The notes under the pieces were generated by a model, which was not told the DNA's origin, did not search any database, and saw only the letters and a program-made list of their open reading frames with translations. Positions 9,675-21,399 of a stretch of 60,957 nucleotides of DNA are shown here, piece by piece. The DNA lies in sequence record SRR20825019_2180. One strand, given 5' to 3'. The translations under genes were made by a program, and so were the position numbers. The first letter of the stretch is position 1. Every line of letters starts with the position of its first letter.

Positions 9675-10280
9675 ATGAAGCATTTACGCATTTTATTTGC
9701 CTTAGCCTTACTAATTCCTGTCCTATCCGTCCATGCCCAGGAAGATGAATCAACCGAAGAAACTGATAACACCCTTAGGGGGCAGTTTGAAGAATTGGAA
9801 CGTAAGTCGGGCAATTATCGGGCCAATGGTATCCAATATGAGGTGGTCAAGATAACCGACCTATACAAAACGAAAGATAACGTTTTTGATTCCATCGATA
9901 CAGCGAATAAGACCATCAAGGACTTGTCGGCTACCATTACCGCAAATGATGCCGAAATAGAGGACCTGAACGGAAAACTGCAAGAAACGACCAATAAATT
10001 GAACAGTGTTACCGAAGAAAAAGACAGTATTTCCTTCTTTGGCCTGTTGATAAGCAAAGGAACCTACAACTTTATATTGTGGTCCATTATTTTTGGACTG
10101 TTGTTGCTTCTTTTGTTCTTTATATATCGATTTAGAAATAGCAACTTTTTGACGCAGCAGGCCAAATCTGCGCTTGCCGAGTTGGAAGATGAGTATCAAA
10201 ATCATAGGAGAAGAGCTCTTGAACGCGAGCAGAAAATAAGTCGACAGTTACAGGACGAACTGAACAAGCAGAAAAAATAA
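9675..10280 (+). CDS. Hypothetical exported coiled-coil protein with C-terminal TM helix
   Basis: Signal peptide (VHA|Q), heptad-rich acidic region, TM segment, basic coiled-coil tail; ATG 9675 preferred over TTG 9669. Confidence 0.8.
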   Translation: MKHLRILFALALLIPVLSVHAQEDESTEETDNTLRGQFEELERKSGNYRANGIQYEVVKITDLYKTKDNVFDSIDTANKTIKDLSATITANDAEIEDLNGKLQETTNKLNSVTEEKDSISFFGLLISKGTYNFILWSIIFGLLLLLLFFIYRFRNSNFLTQQAKSALAELEDEYQNHRRRALEREQKISRQLQDELNKQKK

Positions 10281-10285
10281 GAATT

Positions 10286-10314
10286 AAGGCTTCCATTTCG
10301 GAAGCCTTTCTTTT
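10286..10314 (+). terminator. Intrinsic terminator
   Basis: AAGGCTTCC/GGAAGCCTT hairpin plus T-rich tail. Confidence 0.88.
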
Positions 10315-10377
10315 ATATAGCAGTTATTGCCTGCATTCACTATTTTTGCGGCAAATCAATACACAACACCAATGTCC

Positions 10378-11055
10378 ATGCGGATAGACATTATCACCGT
10401 ACTTCCCGAACTTCTAAAAAGCCCTTTCGAAGCATCAATACTAAAACGGGCCATAGAAAAGGGTTTGGTAGAGGTGCACCTTCATAATTTGAGAGATTAC
10501 ACCACCGGAAATTATAAGCAGGTGGACGACTACCAATTTGGCGGTGGAGCCGGGATGGTGATGATGATAGAACCCATCGATAAATGCATTTCCCAATTAA
10601 AAGCGGAAAGGGAGTATGACGAAGTCATTTATATGACACCCGATGGCAATACCTTAAACCAGGGAATGGCCAATGAAATTTCCATGAAAAAAAACATTAT
10701 TGTGCTTTGCGGACATTATAAAGGTGTCGACCAACGGGTGAGGGACATGTTCGTGACCCGTGAAATTTCCATTGGCGACTATGTGCTTTCTGGTGGTGAA
10801 CTCGCCGCTGCTATTTTGTGCGATGCGGTAATTCGATTGCTTCCAGGAGTATTGAACGATGAAACCTCTGCCCTGACCGATACGTTTCAGGACAATCTAT
10901 TGGCTCCGCCCGTATATACTCGACCTGCGGAATATAAAGGAATGGAAGTTCCAAAAATCCTGTTGAGCGGTAACTTTCCAAAAATTGAGAAATGGCGGGA
11001 GCAACAAGCCTTGGAACGTACTCAAGAAAGAAGACCCGACCTTTTGGAAAAATAA
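10378..11055 (+). CDS. trmD: tRNA (guanine37-N1)-methyltransferase
   Basis: [35 protein letters not shown]; start moved downstream of promoter TATTTTTG at 10341-10348 (ATG 10372 also possible). Confidence 0.97.
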   Translation: MRIDIITVLPELLKSPFEASILKRAIEKGLVEVHLHNLRDYTTGNYKQVDDYQFGGGAGMVMMIEPIDKCISQLKAEREYDEVIYMTPDGNTLNQGMANEISMKKNIIVLCGHYKGVDQRVRDMFVTREISIGDYVLSGGELAAAILCDAVIRLLPGVLNDETSALTDTFQDNLLAPPVYTRPAEYKGMEVPKILLSGNFPKIEKWREQQALERTQERRPDLLEK

Positions 11056-11076
11056 ATCAAAAAGGTAAAAAACAGC

Positions 11077-11106
11077 TTGTAATTTCTAAATAATAGATTA
11101 CTTTTG
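11077..11106 (+). promoter_or_regulatory. Bacteroidota sigma-A promoter for rplS
   Basis: TTG (11077-11079), 19 nt, TACTTTTG (11099-11106). Confidence 0.75.
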
Positions 11107-11116
11107 CAATCTCAAA

Positions 11117-11148
11117 ATCAACCTCTGACGAAATCCGTGTAAGTTGAT
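11117..11148 (+). promoter_or_regulatory. Putative L19 ribosomal protein leader hairpin
   Basis: ATCAAC...GTTGAT outer stem, inner ACG/CGT stem, in rplS 5' UTR; consistent with an L19-Flavobacteria r-leader (recall). Confidence 0.6.
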
Positions 11149-11176
11149 CTTGCAAAAAACATTAAAAAACATACAA

Positions 11177-11527
11177 ATGGAATCCTTAATAAAATTTGTT
11201 GAAGACGAATTTGTTCCAAAAAAAGAATTTCCAAAATTCTCAGCTGGTGACACCATCACTGTGTATTACGAAATCAAGGAAGGTGAAAAAACTCGTACCC
11301 AGTTCTTTAAAGGTGTAGTAATACAACGTAGAGGAAGCGGTGCAACAGAAACTTTTACTATCCGCAAAATGTCCGGTACTGTAGGTGTGGAAAGAATTTT
11401 CCCAGTAAACATGCCCGCTTTGCAAAGAGTAGAAGTAAACAAAAAAGGTAAAGTACGTAGATCCAGAATCTTCTACTTTAGAGGTCTTACCGGTAAAAAG
11501 GCCCGTATTAAAGAAGTTAAAGGATAA
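11177..11527 (+). CDS. rplS: 50S ribosomal protein L19
   Basis: GDTITV, TFTIRKMS-VGVERIFP, GKVRRSRIFYFR; ATG at 11177. Confidence 0.99.
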   Translation: MESLIKFVEDEFVPKKEFPKFSAGDTITVYYEIKEGEKTRTQFFKGVVIQRRGSGATETFTIRKMSGTVGVERIFPVNMPALQRVEVNKKGKVRRSRIFYFRGLTGKKARIKEVKG

Positions 11528-11547
11528 TCCAAATCCTGAACAAACTG

Positions 11548-11578
11548 AAAAAGCACCCGAAATCGGGTGCTTTTTTTT
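11548..11578 (+). terminator. Intrinsic terminator after rplS
   Basis: AAAAAGCACCCG/CGGGTGCTTTTT hairpin plus T8. Confidence 0.93.
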
Positions 11579-11669
11579 ATGAACAATTGTTAATAACCAT
11601 GGTTCATATCGTGTTGATTTTTAATCCTTTATAAACTTGCAAAATCTGGTTTTCTGTTCTATTTTAGAC

Positions 11670-12051
11670 GAAGATATGATTGCGATACCATCACAATGAT
11701 ATTGATTTAAAGTTGACGTTCTTTAAAACTGTGGATTCCCTTTTAATTGGTAACACTACTGATCACAAAAGGAATTTTGACTTGGGAGGTGCTTTGGCAA
11801 AACCCAATGAAAAATAATAGATTTTATGTGCGAATGGAAGAGCAATTTTCCATTTTGATAAAATTTAGGAATGTAACAGTATACTTTGCTAAATGTAGAT
11901 TAGTTGAAAAATTAAGAGCATGGCAGAGCAAACGTCGAAAGGGCAAAAGATGTAATCAAATAGGTTACAGTTTTGGTACCACCAAACAAATCTTGAGTCC
12001 ATTCTGAAAGCCATCTCCTTGGTAAAAACGAGGAAATGGCTTTTGTTTTTT
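11670..12051 (+). ncRNA. Candidate structured sRNA (or small-ORF transcript) between rplS and icd
   Basis: Own promoter-like TTG-N20-TATTTTAG (11637-11667), at least 6 hairpins, own terminator 12007-12051. Confidence 0.4.
12007..12051 (+). terminator. Intrinsic terminator of the intergenic unit
   Basis: AAAGCCATCTCCTTG/CGAGGAAATGGCTTT stem followed by TGTTTTTT. Confidence 0.8.
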
Positions 12052-12150
12052 AACAAATTATCACCAAAAACCCACACTTTTAGTCACTTCCGTTCGTACT
12101 TCACCGTCCATATATCGTATATTTGCAACCGCTCAAACAAATACATATAA

Positions 12151-14370
<2,220 letters not shown>

Positions 14371-14394
14371 TCAAAATAAACATAAATGTAGAGT

Positions 14395-14428
14395 AAAAGG
14401 CGGCCCTGAATTGGCTGCCTTTTGTTTT
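14395..14428 (+). terminator. Intrinsic terminator after icd
   Basis: AAAAGGCGGCC/GGCTGCCTTTT hairpin. Confidence 0.85.
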
Positions 14429-14516
14429 ATCCTATAATAATGTTAAAATAATCTTAGGTAGCTACATTCGTTTTTTCACTGCCCGATAAATGTGTACTTT
14501 TAAAAAAATCAATCGA

Positions 14517-16892
14517 ATGCCCAGACATTATCTTGCATTTTTGCTAGCCCTGTTTTGGCATTTTTTTGTAATTCAGGCCCAAGAGAGGTACACCCTGAGC
14601 GGCACAATCTTCGAAGCATCCAGTAACGAATCGTTGATAGGTGTTACAGTGGCCGTTTCGGAGTTAAAAACCGGGACAACCACCAACGAGTACGGTTTTT
14701 ATTCCATAACGCTTCCAGAGGGAGAATATCAAATCATAGTGAGCTATCTGGGTTTTCAGGAAATTGTACAGACCATTACTCTGAACAAAAATGTGAAGCT
14801 AGATTTCAATTTGACCGAAAAAACGGAAGAACTTCAAGAGGTCGTGGTAACGGACAATGTGGAAAAACTGGATATCCGCAAACCCCAAATGAGCGTTACT
14901 TCGTTGACTTCCAGTACTATAAAGGAGATTCCCGTAGTGCTGGGTGAATCCGATGTTATAAAATCGTTATTACTTTTACCTGGTGTTACGAGTGCAGGAG
15001 AGGCATCTTCTGGATTTAATGTTCGCGGTGGCGCTGCAGACCAAAACCTTATCCTACTGGATGAGGCCACCGTCTTCAATTCATCGCACTTGTTCGGCTT
15101 CTTTTCCGTATTCAATCCGGACGCAATAAAGGATGTAAAACTCTTTAAGGGCGGAATCCCGGCAAGATACGGTGGAAGGGTCTCCTCCGTGCTCGATATC
15201 TTTCAAAAAGAAGGGAACAGCAAAGAATTTAAAGTAAACGGAGGTATTGGGGCAGTCGCGAGCAGATTATTGATAGAGGGTCCCATTCAAAAGGACAAAA
15301 CTTCTTTTCTAGCCGGCGGTAGGGCGTCCTATGCACATCTCTTTCTTCCTCTGTTTGATATAGACAATAAGGCCTATTTCTATGATCTTAACACCAAAAT
15401 TACGCACAGAATCAATGAAAATAACAGTGTTTTCCTATCCGGATACTTTGGCAGGGATCTTTTTAATGTAAGCGACCGTTTTGTAAACGAATATGGAAAT
15501 GCAGTGGGTAATTTGAGATGGAACCACCTTTTTTCCGATAAGCTTTTCTCCAACCTTTCACTTATTTATTCTGATTACTATTATGGCCTAGAGCTTGATT
15601 TTGTGGGTTTTGAGTGGAACTCTGGCATCCAAAACTTTAACCTTAAGTACGATCTAAAACACTACTTGAACAACAAACTCCAGTTGAATTACGGAATCAA
15701 CAGCATCTATTATGTATTCAATCCAGGGAAAATAGTGCCCAACAGTCCCGATTCCGGTATCGTTGAAGATCAGCTCACCAAAAAATACGCTAACGAAAAT
15801 GCTGCTTACATTGATGTTGAACACGAAATCACAGAAAACCTGAGTATAGAATATGGATTAAGGGCTAGTCAGTTCAGCAGGTTTGGGCAGGACGAGTTCT
15901 TTGTTTATGCCGATGACAATCCTGTGGATTTTGACCCTTTTACCCAAACCTATGGAGAAGCGAACCCCATAGACACCATTAATCCTGGCCGGAGCGAAAC
16001 CATGAAATCATTTTTTAATCTGGAGCCAAGGATTTCCATGTCCTATACGTTTAAAGAAAATAACTCCATAAAGGCCAGTTACACCCGATTGGCGCAATAC
16101 TTACACCTGATTTCCAATACAAACTCCCCCACCCCTTTGGATGTATGGACACCGAGCGGCCCATTTGTGGAGCCACAGCTTCTGGACCAATATGCCGTCG
16201 GATATTTCAGAAATATAAAAGAAGGGGTATACAGTTTGGAGGCAGAAACATTCTATAAGACCATCCAAAATAGAATAGATTATATTGACGGTGCCAACCT
16301 TATTGCCAATGATGCCATAGAGCAAGTTATATTGAACGGAGAAGCAAGGGCCTACGGTTTGGAGCTTTTGCTTCGCAAAAATGAAGGTCGATTTACAGGT
16401 TGGTTGGCCTACACCCTATCGAAATCTGAGCAAAGGGCTCCTGGAAGAACCACTTTAGAAACCGGAATCAATATGGGAGAATGGTACAATACCCCGTATG
16501 ACAAAAGCCACGATCTTTCTGTTTATGGAAGTTTTGAGCTTAATGAAAAGTGGAGCTTCAATGCGAATTTTATCTATCAAACCGGACAACCCACCAACTA
16601 TCCAGTAGGTCAATTTGAATTTGAAGATATGACAGTTCCATACTATGGGCTACGGAACGAAGAACGCCTACCAGATTATCACAGATTGGATATTTCTGCC
16701 ATTTTGACCCCAAAACGAAATAAGCGGAAGAAAATTCAATCCGAATGGGTATTCAGTATTTACAATGCGTACAGTCGCAAAAATGCCGCATCCATAAACT
16801 TTAGGGAAAATGAGGACACGGGCAGGAACGAAGCCATTCGGACATCTATTTTTGGAATCATCCCTTCCGTAACCTATAATTTTAAATTTTAA
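14517..16892 (+). CDS. TonB-dependent outer membrane receptor
   Basis: Signal peptide, carboxypeptidase-regulatory-like N-domain, plug (FNVRGGAADQNLILLD, GGIPARYGGRVSSV), C-terminal YNFKF. Confidence 0.95.
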   Translation: MPRHYLAFLLALFWHFFVIQAQERYTLSGTIFEASSNESLIGVTVAVSELKTGTTTNEYGFYSITLPEGEYQIIVSYLGFQEIVQTITLNKNVKLDFNLTEKTEELQEVVVTDNVEKLDIRKPQMSVTSLTSSTIKEIPVVLGESDVIKSLLLLPGVTSAGEASSGFNVRGGAADQNLILLDEATVFNSSHLFGFFSVFNPDAIKDVKLFKGGIPARYGGRVSSVLDIFQKEGNSKEFKVNGGIGAVASRLLIEGPIQKDKTSFLAGGRASYAHLFLPLFDIDNKAYFYDLNTKITHRINENNSVFLSGYFGRDLFNVSDRFVNEYGNAVGNLRWNHLFSDKLFSNLSLIYSDYYYGLELDFVGFEWNSGIQNFNLKYDLKHYLNNKLQLNYGINSIYYVFNPGKIVPNSPDSGIVEDQLTKKYANENAAYIDVEHEITENLSIEYGLRASQFSRFGQDEFFVYADDNPVDFDPFTQTYGEANPIDTINPGRSETMKSFFNLEPRISMSYTFKENNSIKASYTRLAQYLHLISNTNSPTPLDVWTPSGPFVEPQLLDQYAVGYFRNIKEGVYSLEAETFYKTIQNRIDYIDGANLIANDAIEQVILNGEARAYGLELLLRKNEGRFTGWLAYTLSKSEQRAPGRTTLETGINMGEWYNTPYDKSHDLSVYGSFELNEKWSFNANFIYQTGQPTNYPVGQFEFEDMTVPYYGLRNEERLPDYHRLDISAILTPKRNKRKKIQSEWVFSIYNAYSRKNAASINFRENEDTGRNEAIRTSIFGIIPSVTYNFKF

Positions 16893-16896
16893 CGGC

Positions 16897-17790
16897 ATGA
16901 AAAAGTTATTGGCATATCTATTTATTGCGCTAATATTCGGTTCCTGTGAAGATGTTGTTGATGTAGATTTGTCGGAAACGGAATCTAAATTAGTGGTAGA
17001 TGGACTTTTGCGTGTGGATAAGGAACAGGAATTCATAAATGTGCGCATAGGCCTTAAGGCCAGCAGTATTTTTTTCGAAGAAAATCAACCCGTGCAGGCA
17101 GAGAGCGTCATGATATCTTATGGCCAGTTGAACAGTGAAGGCACCTTCGATAATGTATCTACATCATCTTTGGTGGAAGAAATACCTGACTCCGGAATTT
17201 ATATCCCGGACCCGAATTTGCCTACGGACCAACGAATACCCTCTTCGGCCGCTGAACTGGGAACCGTTTTTATATTAGAAATCAATTATCAGGATAGATA
17301 CTACTTTGCCCAAACAGAATACGTACCGACCGTACCTTTGGATAATCTGGAACAAGGAGACGAAGTCTTTTTCGATGAAGATCAAACTGAAATCATCGTA
17401 ACCTTCACGGACGATGGCGAAGCGGACAATTTTTATGTGTTCGATTTTATGTTCGGTGAATTTCAAACGGTTGAGGACGAATTTTTTCAAGGACAACAAT
17501 TCCAGTTTTCCTTTTTCTATGATGACAAGACCGAACCTGGTGACCACGTAACGGTCAGCATTTTAGGGGCAACACAAGGTTTTTACAATTATATGGACCT
17601 GGTGCTGGAGCAAACAGGAAATGGCGGAGGGCCTTTTCAAACACCCGTCGCAACGGTACGCGGCAATGTTTTTGATATTACAGGGGCGGAGAACGTTACC
17701 GTAATCGATGATGTGGAGAATCCCAATGATTTTGCCCTAGGTTACTTTGCCGTAGTGCAAGAATATAAAAGGAGTCTTATTATTGAATAG
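16897..17790 (+). CDS. DUF4249-like lipoprotein paired with TonB receptor
   Basis: Lipobox FGS-C, CEDVVDVDL, C-terminal VRGNV...ALGYF. Confidence 0.8.
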   Translation: MKKLLAYLFIALIFGSCEDVVDVDLSETESKLVVDGLLRVDKEQEFINVRIGLKASSIFFEENQPVQAESVMISYGQLNSEGTFDNVSTSSLVEEIPDSGIYIPDPNLPTDQRIPSSAAELGTVFILEINYQDRYYFAQTEYVPTVPLDNLEQGDEVFFDEDQTEIIVTFTDDGEADNFYVFDFMFGEFQTVEDEFFQGQQFQFSFFYDDKTEPGDHVTVSILGATQGFYNYMDLVLEQTGNGGGPFQTPVATVRGNVFDITGAENVTVIDDVENPNDFALGYFAVVQEYKRSLIIE

Positions 17791-17796
17791 CGGCTT

Positions 17797-19116
17797 CTAG
17801 ACAAAAGCGTAGATCATCAAAATCATCAAAATACCAACAACACCCTGGACCAAGGTTCCCAACGTATGTCCACGCAACGCTGTTTTAACCTTCATATTGG
17901 AAAACTGTGAAACTACCCAAAAATAACTATCGTTGATATGTGACACCGTCATGGCCCCTGCTCCTATTGCAAGAACAGCCAAGGCCTTATCTGTAATGGA
18001 AACCAAACCAAAGGTTTCCAACAGAGGTGCAACGATGGCAGATGTGGTAATAATGGCAACGGTTGACGACCCCTGGGCCGTTTTGAGCACTGCTGAAACC
18101 GCAAAAGCTATCAAAAGACCACCAACTCCTGTGCTGGACTCCAAATTAATGATGGATGCAATATCCATAGTTCTCAGAATAGCACCAAATGCCCCTCCTG
18201 CTCCAGTAATCAGTACAATTGCTCCTGCTTGCTTGAAGGCTTCGGGCACCCAATCCTTTTTCTCTTCCGAAGGAACTTTTCTACCCAACGCAAAAGCAAA
18301 GAAAACCCCGATCAACAAGGCAATTACGGGACTGCCCAAAAAACCTAAAACAGAGAAGGCCCAACCATCTCCCAACGGATGGGTCGGGTAATCTGCAACG
18401 GACTTCAATGCTATCAAAATTATCGGTACCAATAAGGGCAAAAAGGCTTGAAAAGGTTTTACCGTAGATGGAACTTCCTCTTTGGTTTCCGCAGTTTCCA
18501 AAGTCTCATCTTCCTGCAATGATTTTCCGATGAACCTTGCCCAAAAATATCCAGAAATGGAAACGGGTATGGCGACCAAAAGCCCGAATATCAGCACCAT
18601 TCCCAAATCTGCATCCAAAATGGCGGCAGCGGCCAAAGGCCCGGGTGTCGGTGGCACAAACACGTGAGCGGAATATAACCCTGTGGCCAATGCAATGGCA
18701 AAAACAAGCACGGGAATACCCGTTTTTTTACTGATGGCTTTATTTAATGAGGAAAGTATGATGTAGCCCGAATCGCAATACACGGGGATTGAAATAACAA
18801 AACCCGCCAAGTTCATTGCCAAAGGTGAACGCTTTAGGCCTATTATCCCCAAGATACTATTGGCCAACACCTGTGTACTTCCCGTTCTTTCCAAATAAAT
18901 ACCGATTACCGTACCAAAGGCTATGACAAGTCCTATTCCGGAAAGCGTATTTCCAAAGCCCTCCACCATGGTGGACATGATGCTTTTTGGCGCCATGCCC
19001 AAGAAAAAACCAGAAGCTATTGCTGCTATGGTCAGCGAAAAGATGGGATGCATTTTAAACTTTACGGTAGCAATGACAATGAACAGGACGACCACCCCAA
19101 GAACTAGTAATTCCAT
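17797..19116 (-). CDS. GntP family organic acid permease
   Basis: Multi-TM; HVFVPPTPGP, LKTAQGSSTVA, SHINDSYFWVV. Confidence 0.93.
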   Translation of the reverse strand: MELLVLGVVVLFIVIATVKFKMHPIFSLTIAAIASGFFLGMAPKSIMSTMVEGFGNTLSGIGLVIAFGTVIGIYLERTGSTQVLANSILGIIGLKRSPLAMNLAGFVISIPVYCDSGYIILSSLNKAISKKTGIPVLVFAIALATGLYSAHVFVPPTPGPLAAAAILDADLGMVLIFGLLVAIPVSISGYFWARFIGKSLQEDETLETAETKEEVPSTVKPFQAFLPLLVPIILIALKSVADYPTHPLGDGWAFSVLGFLGSPVIALLIGVFFAFALGRKVPSEEKKDWVPEAFKQAGAIVLITGAGGAFGAILRTMDIASIINLESSTGVGGLLIAFAVSAVLKTAQGSSTVAIITTSAIVAPLLETFGLVSITDKALAVLAIGAGAMTVSHINDSYFWVVSQFSNMKVKTALRGHTLGTLVQGVVGILMILMIYAFV

Positions 19117-19173
19117 AGTTGATTTTTAGTGCAATATCCTTTAAATATAAGCTAATATTCCTACTTTGGTCCC

Positions 19174-19410
19174 ATGAAGCGAACCAACAAGGAACTTTTG
19201 GTAAAAGGAGTAAAGTCGTTTGGCTATACCGTGCTTGCCATGTTTATGGGACCATTTTTGATCTATGAAGCATTCAAAAATGAAGGACATCCCTTTTACT
19301 GGCCCGTTTTGATTTTGGGCATTATCTGTGCCATATTGGCCATTTATTTAGGTTTTAGATCCGTTAGTATTGTGATGGATGCTGTTTTCGGTAAAAAACA
19401 GAAAGATTAA
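19174..19410 (+). CDS. Small two-TM membrane protein (DUF6095-like)
   Basis: 78 aa, two hydrophobic helices, TNKELLVKG start; promoter-like TACTTTGG just upstream. Confidence 0.75.
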   Translation: MKRTNKELLVKGVKSFGYTVLAMFMGPFLIYEAFKNEGHPFYWPVLILGIICAILAIYLGFRSVSIVMDAVFGKKQKD

Positions 19411-20129
19411 TTGCCCGTCCTGGGAGGTTGGTTTTTCCATTTATTGGAAAGTTGGGCATAATCATAATCCAAAACAGATTTTTGCCGCTCCAACCTATTG
19501 GCCGCAAAGGCTCGTTGCAATATATCCTCTATCAAATAATCCTCATGCACTTCTACAGGACGAAACTCTTCCTTTAAACTGATCTTGAACAAACTCGCGG
19601 TGGTATTGTACCAAAAGGCGCGCCATCCGCTGCGGAGTTCTTTTACCAAGTCGAAAGCGGTCTCCCCTGTTTGTCTATGGATCAATTTCACCAAAATCTG
19701 TCCTTCGGTACGGGTAAGTTTCTTTAACTCTTCGGAAAACTCACCCTCGATATATTTTTGGACCTTACGGGTATATTTTCTCTGATGCCTGGGTTTTTTG
19801 ATGAGCTTTAAGCTGTCGTTCAGTTCCACCAGTCGTTCAGCCGCCAGCTTGGCGTAGGGATATACTTTTAAGGTTTTTCTGCGAAGAATATAGTAGCGTA
19901 GCTTGTCTTCCCGGCTGGCAAAGTCCAATTCACCAAATATATACACCTCTTCAAGCTCAATGGAACTCATCAAAATGGAATCCCCTTCGAACCTAATATA
20001 GTAGTCCTCTATGGAATCATTGGCAATCGAATCCATTGGTGTTTTAATAGAGTCCCCTTTCGATTCTTGGGCCCATCCGAAGCCATAAATCGTTAAGAAA
20101 ATAACTAAAAAACAGATACGTAGCATCAT
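19407..20129 (-). CDS. DUF4294-like exported protein
   Basis: Signal peptide; KVYPYAK, LKKLTRTEGQILVKLIHRQTG. Confidence 0.82.
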   Translation of the reverse strand: MMLRICFLVIFLTIYGFGWAQESKGDSIKTPMDSIANDSIEDYYIRFEGDSILMSSIELEEVYIFGELDFASREDKLRYYILRRKTLKVYPYAKLAAERLVELNDSLKLIKKPRHQRKYTRKVQKYIEGEFSEELKKLTRTEGQILVKLIHRQTGETAFDLVKELRSGWRAFWYNTTASLFKISLKEEFRPVEVHEDYLIEDILQRAFAANRLERQKSVLDYDYAQLSNKWKNQPPRTGN

Positions 20130-20228
20130 ATTTCTTTGTCAAAAGTCTTGCCAAAAGTAAGTATAAAGGTGTGATTTGGCTATTAAATAAAAGTGAATAT
20201 TCTTAAGTTTGTGTTCTAAATCAGATAC

Positions 20229-21317
20229 ATGTCAAAAGAGAAAATCATCAACGAAAAATCCCTTGAGTTTTTAGAAAAATACCTGAACAATCCATCACCG
20301 ACGGGTTATGAATGGGAAGGTCAAAAAATTTGGATGGACTACGTAAAACCTTATGTGGACGAGTTTATCACGGACACTTATGGTACGGCCGTAGGTGTAA
20401 TTAATCCAGATGCAAAATATAGGGTGGTCATCGAAGGGCATTCCGATGAAATTTCTTGGTATGTCAACTATATTACCGATGAAGGATTGCTTTATGTAAT
20501 CAGAAATGGCGGTAGTGACCATCAAATCGCCCCATCAAAATGGGTGGACATCCATACCAAAAACGGTATTGTGAAAGGTGTATTTGGATGGCCAGCTATC
20601 CATACCAGGAACAAGGAAAAAGAAGAGTCTCCCAAATTGGACAACATTTTTATCGATATTGGTGCCAAGGATAAGGAAGAAGTGGAGAAAATGGGCGTTC
20701 ATGTGGGTTGTGTAATCACATATCCCGACCAATTCCATATTTTGAACAAGGACAAATTTGTTTGCCGTGCCTTGGACAACCGAATGGGTGGTTTTATGAT
20801 CGCCGAAGTTGCGCGCCTGCTCAAGGAGAACAAAAAGGAACTGCCCTTTGGATTGTACATTACCAACTCGGTCCAAGAAGAAATTGGATTACGTGGTGCT
20901 GAAATGATCACACAGACCATAAAACCAAATGTTGCTATTGTTACCGACGTTTGCCATGACACCACCACTCCGATGATCAACAAAAAGACTGAGGGAGAGA
21001 CCAAAATTGGCGATGGACCTGTAATTTCCTATGCCCCAGCGGTACAGAACAAACTGCGCGAACGTATTTTGGAAACTGCGGAATCCAAAAAGATTCCATT
21101 TCAGCGCAATGCATCATCTCGCTACACCGGAACTGACACGGATGCTTTTGCCTATAGTAATGGCGGCGTTGCTTCCGCTTTGATATCGTTGCCCTTGCGC
21201 TATATGCACACTACAGTGGAAACTGTTCACAAAGACGATGTGGAGAACGTTATCCGTTTGATTTACGAAACTTTATTGAACATCAAAGAAGGAGAAACTT
21301 TCAGTTATTTTGATTAA
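20229..21317 (+). CDS. M42 family metallo-aminopeptidase
   Basis: PSPTGYE, GHSDEI, ALDNRMG, QEEIGLRGA, GTDTD, LRYMHT. Confidence 0.95.
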   Translation: MSKEKIINEKSLEFLEKYLNNPSPTGYEWEGQKIWMDYVKPYVDEFITDTYGTAVGVINPDAKYRVVIEGHSDEISWYVNYITDEGLLYVIRNGGSDHQIAPSKWVDIHTKNGIVKGVFGWPAIHTRNKEKEESPKLDNIFIDIGAKDKEEVEKMGVHVGCVITYPDQFHILNKDKFVCRALDNRMGGFMIAEVARLLKENKKELPFGLYITNSVQEEIGLRGAEMITQTIKPNVAIVTDVCHDTTTPMINKKTEGETKIGDGPVISYAPAVQNKLRERILETAESKKIPFQRNASSRYTGTDTDAFAYSNGGVASALISLPLRYMHTTVETVHKDDVENVIRLIYETLLNIKEGETFSYFD

Positions 21318-21351
21318 TTGATTATTTTCCATCATTCCGATATTAAAATTT

Positions 21352-21386
21352 GTCGCCTCGAAACTTCTTCGGGGTGACTTTTTTTT
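21352..21386 (+). terminator. Intrinsic terminator
   Basis: GTCGCCTCGAA/TTCGGGGTGAC stem plus T8. Confidence 0.8.
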
Positions 21387-21399
21387 ATCTTTATGTGAT

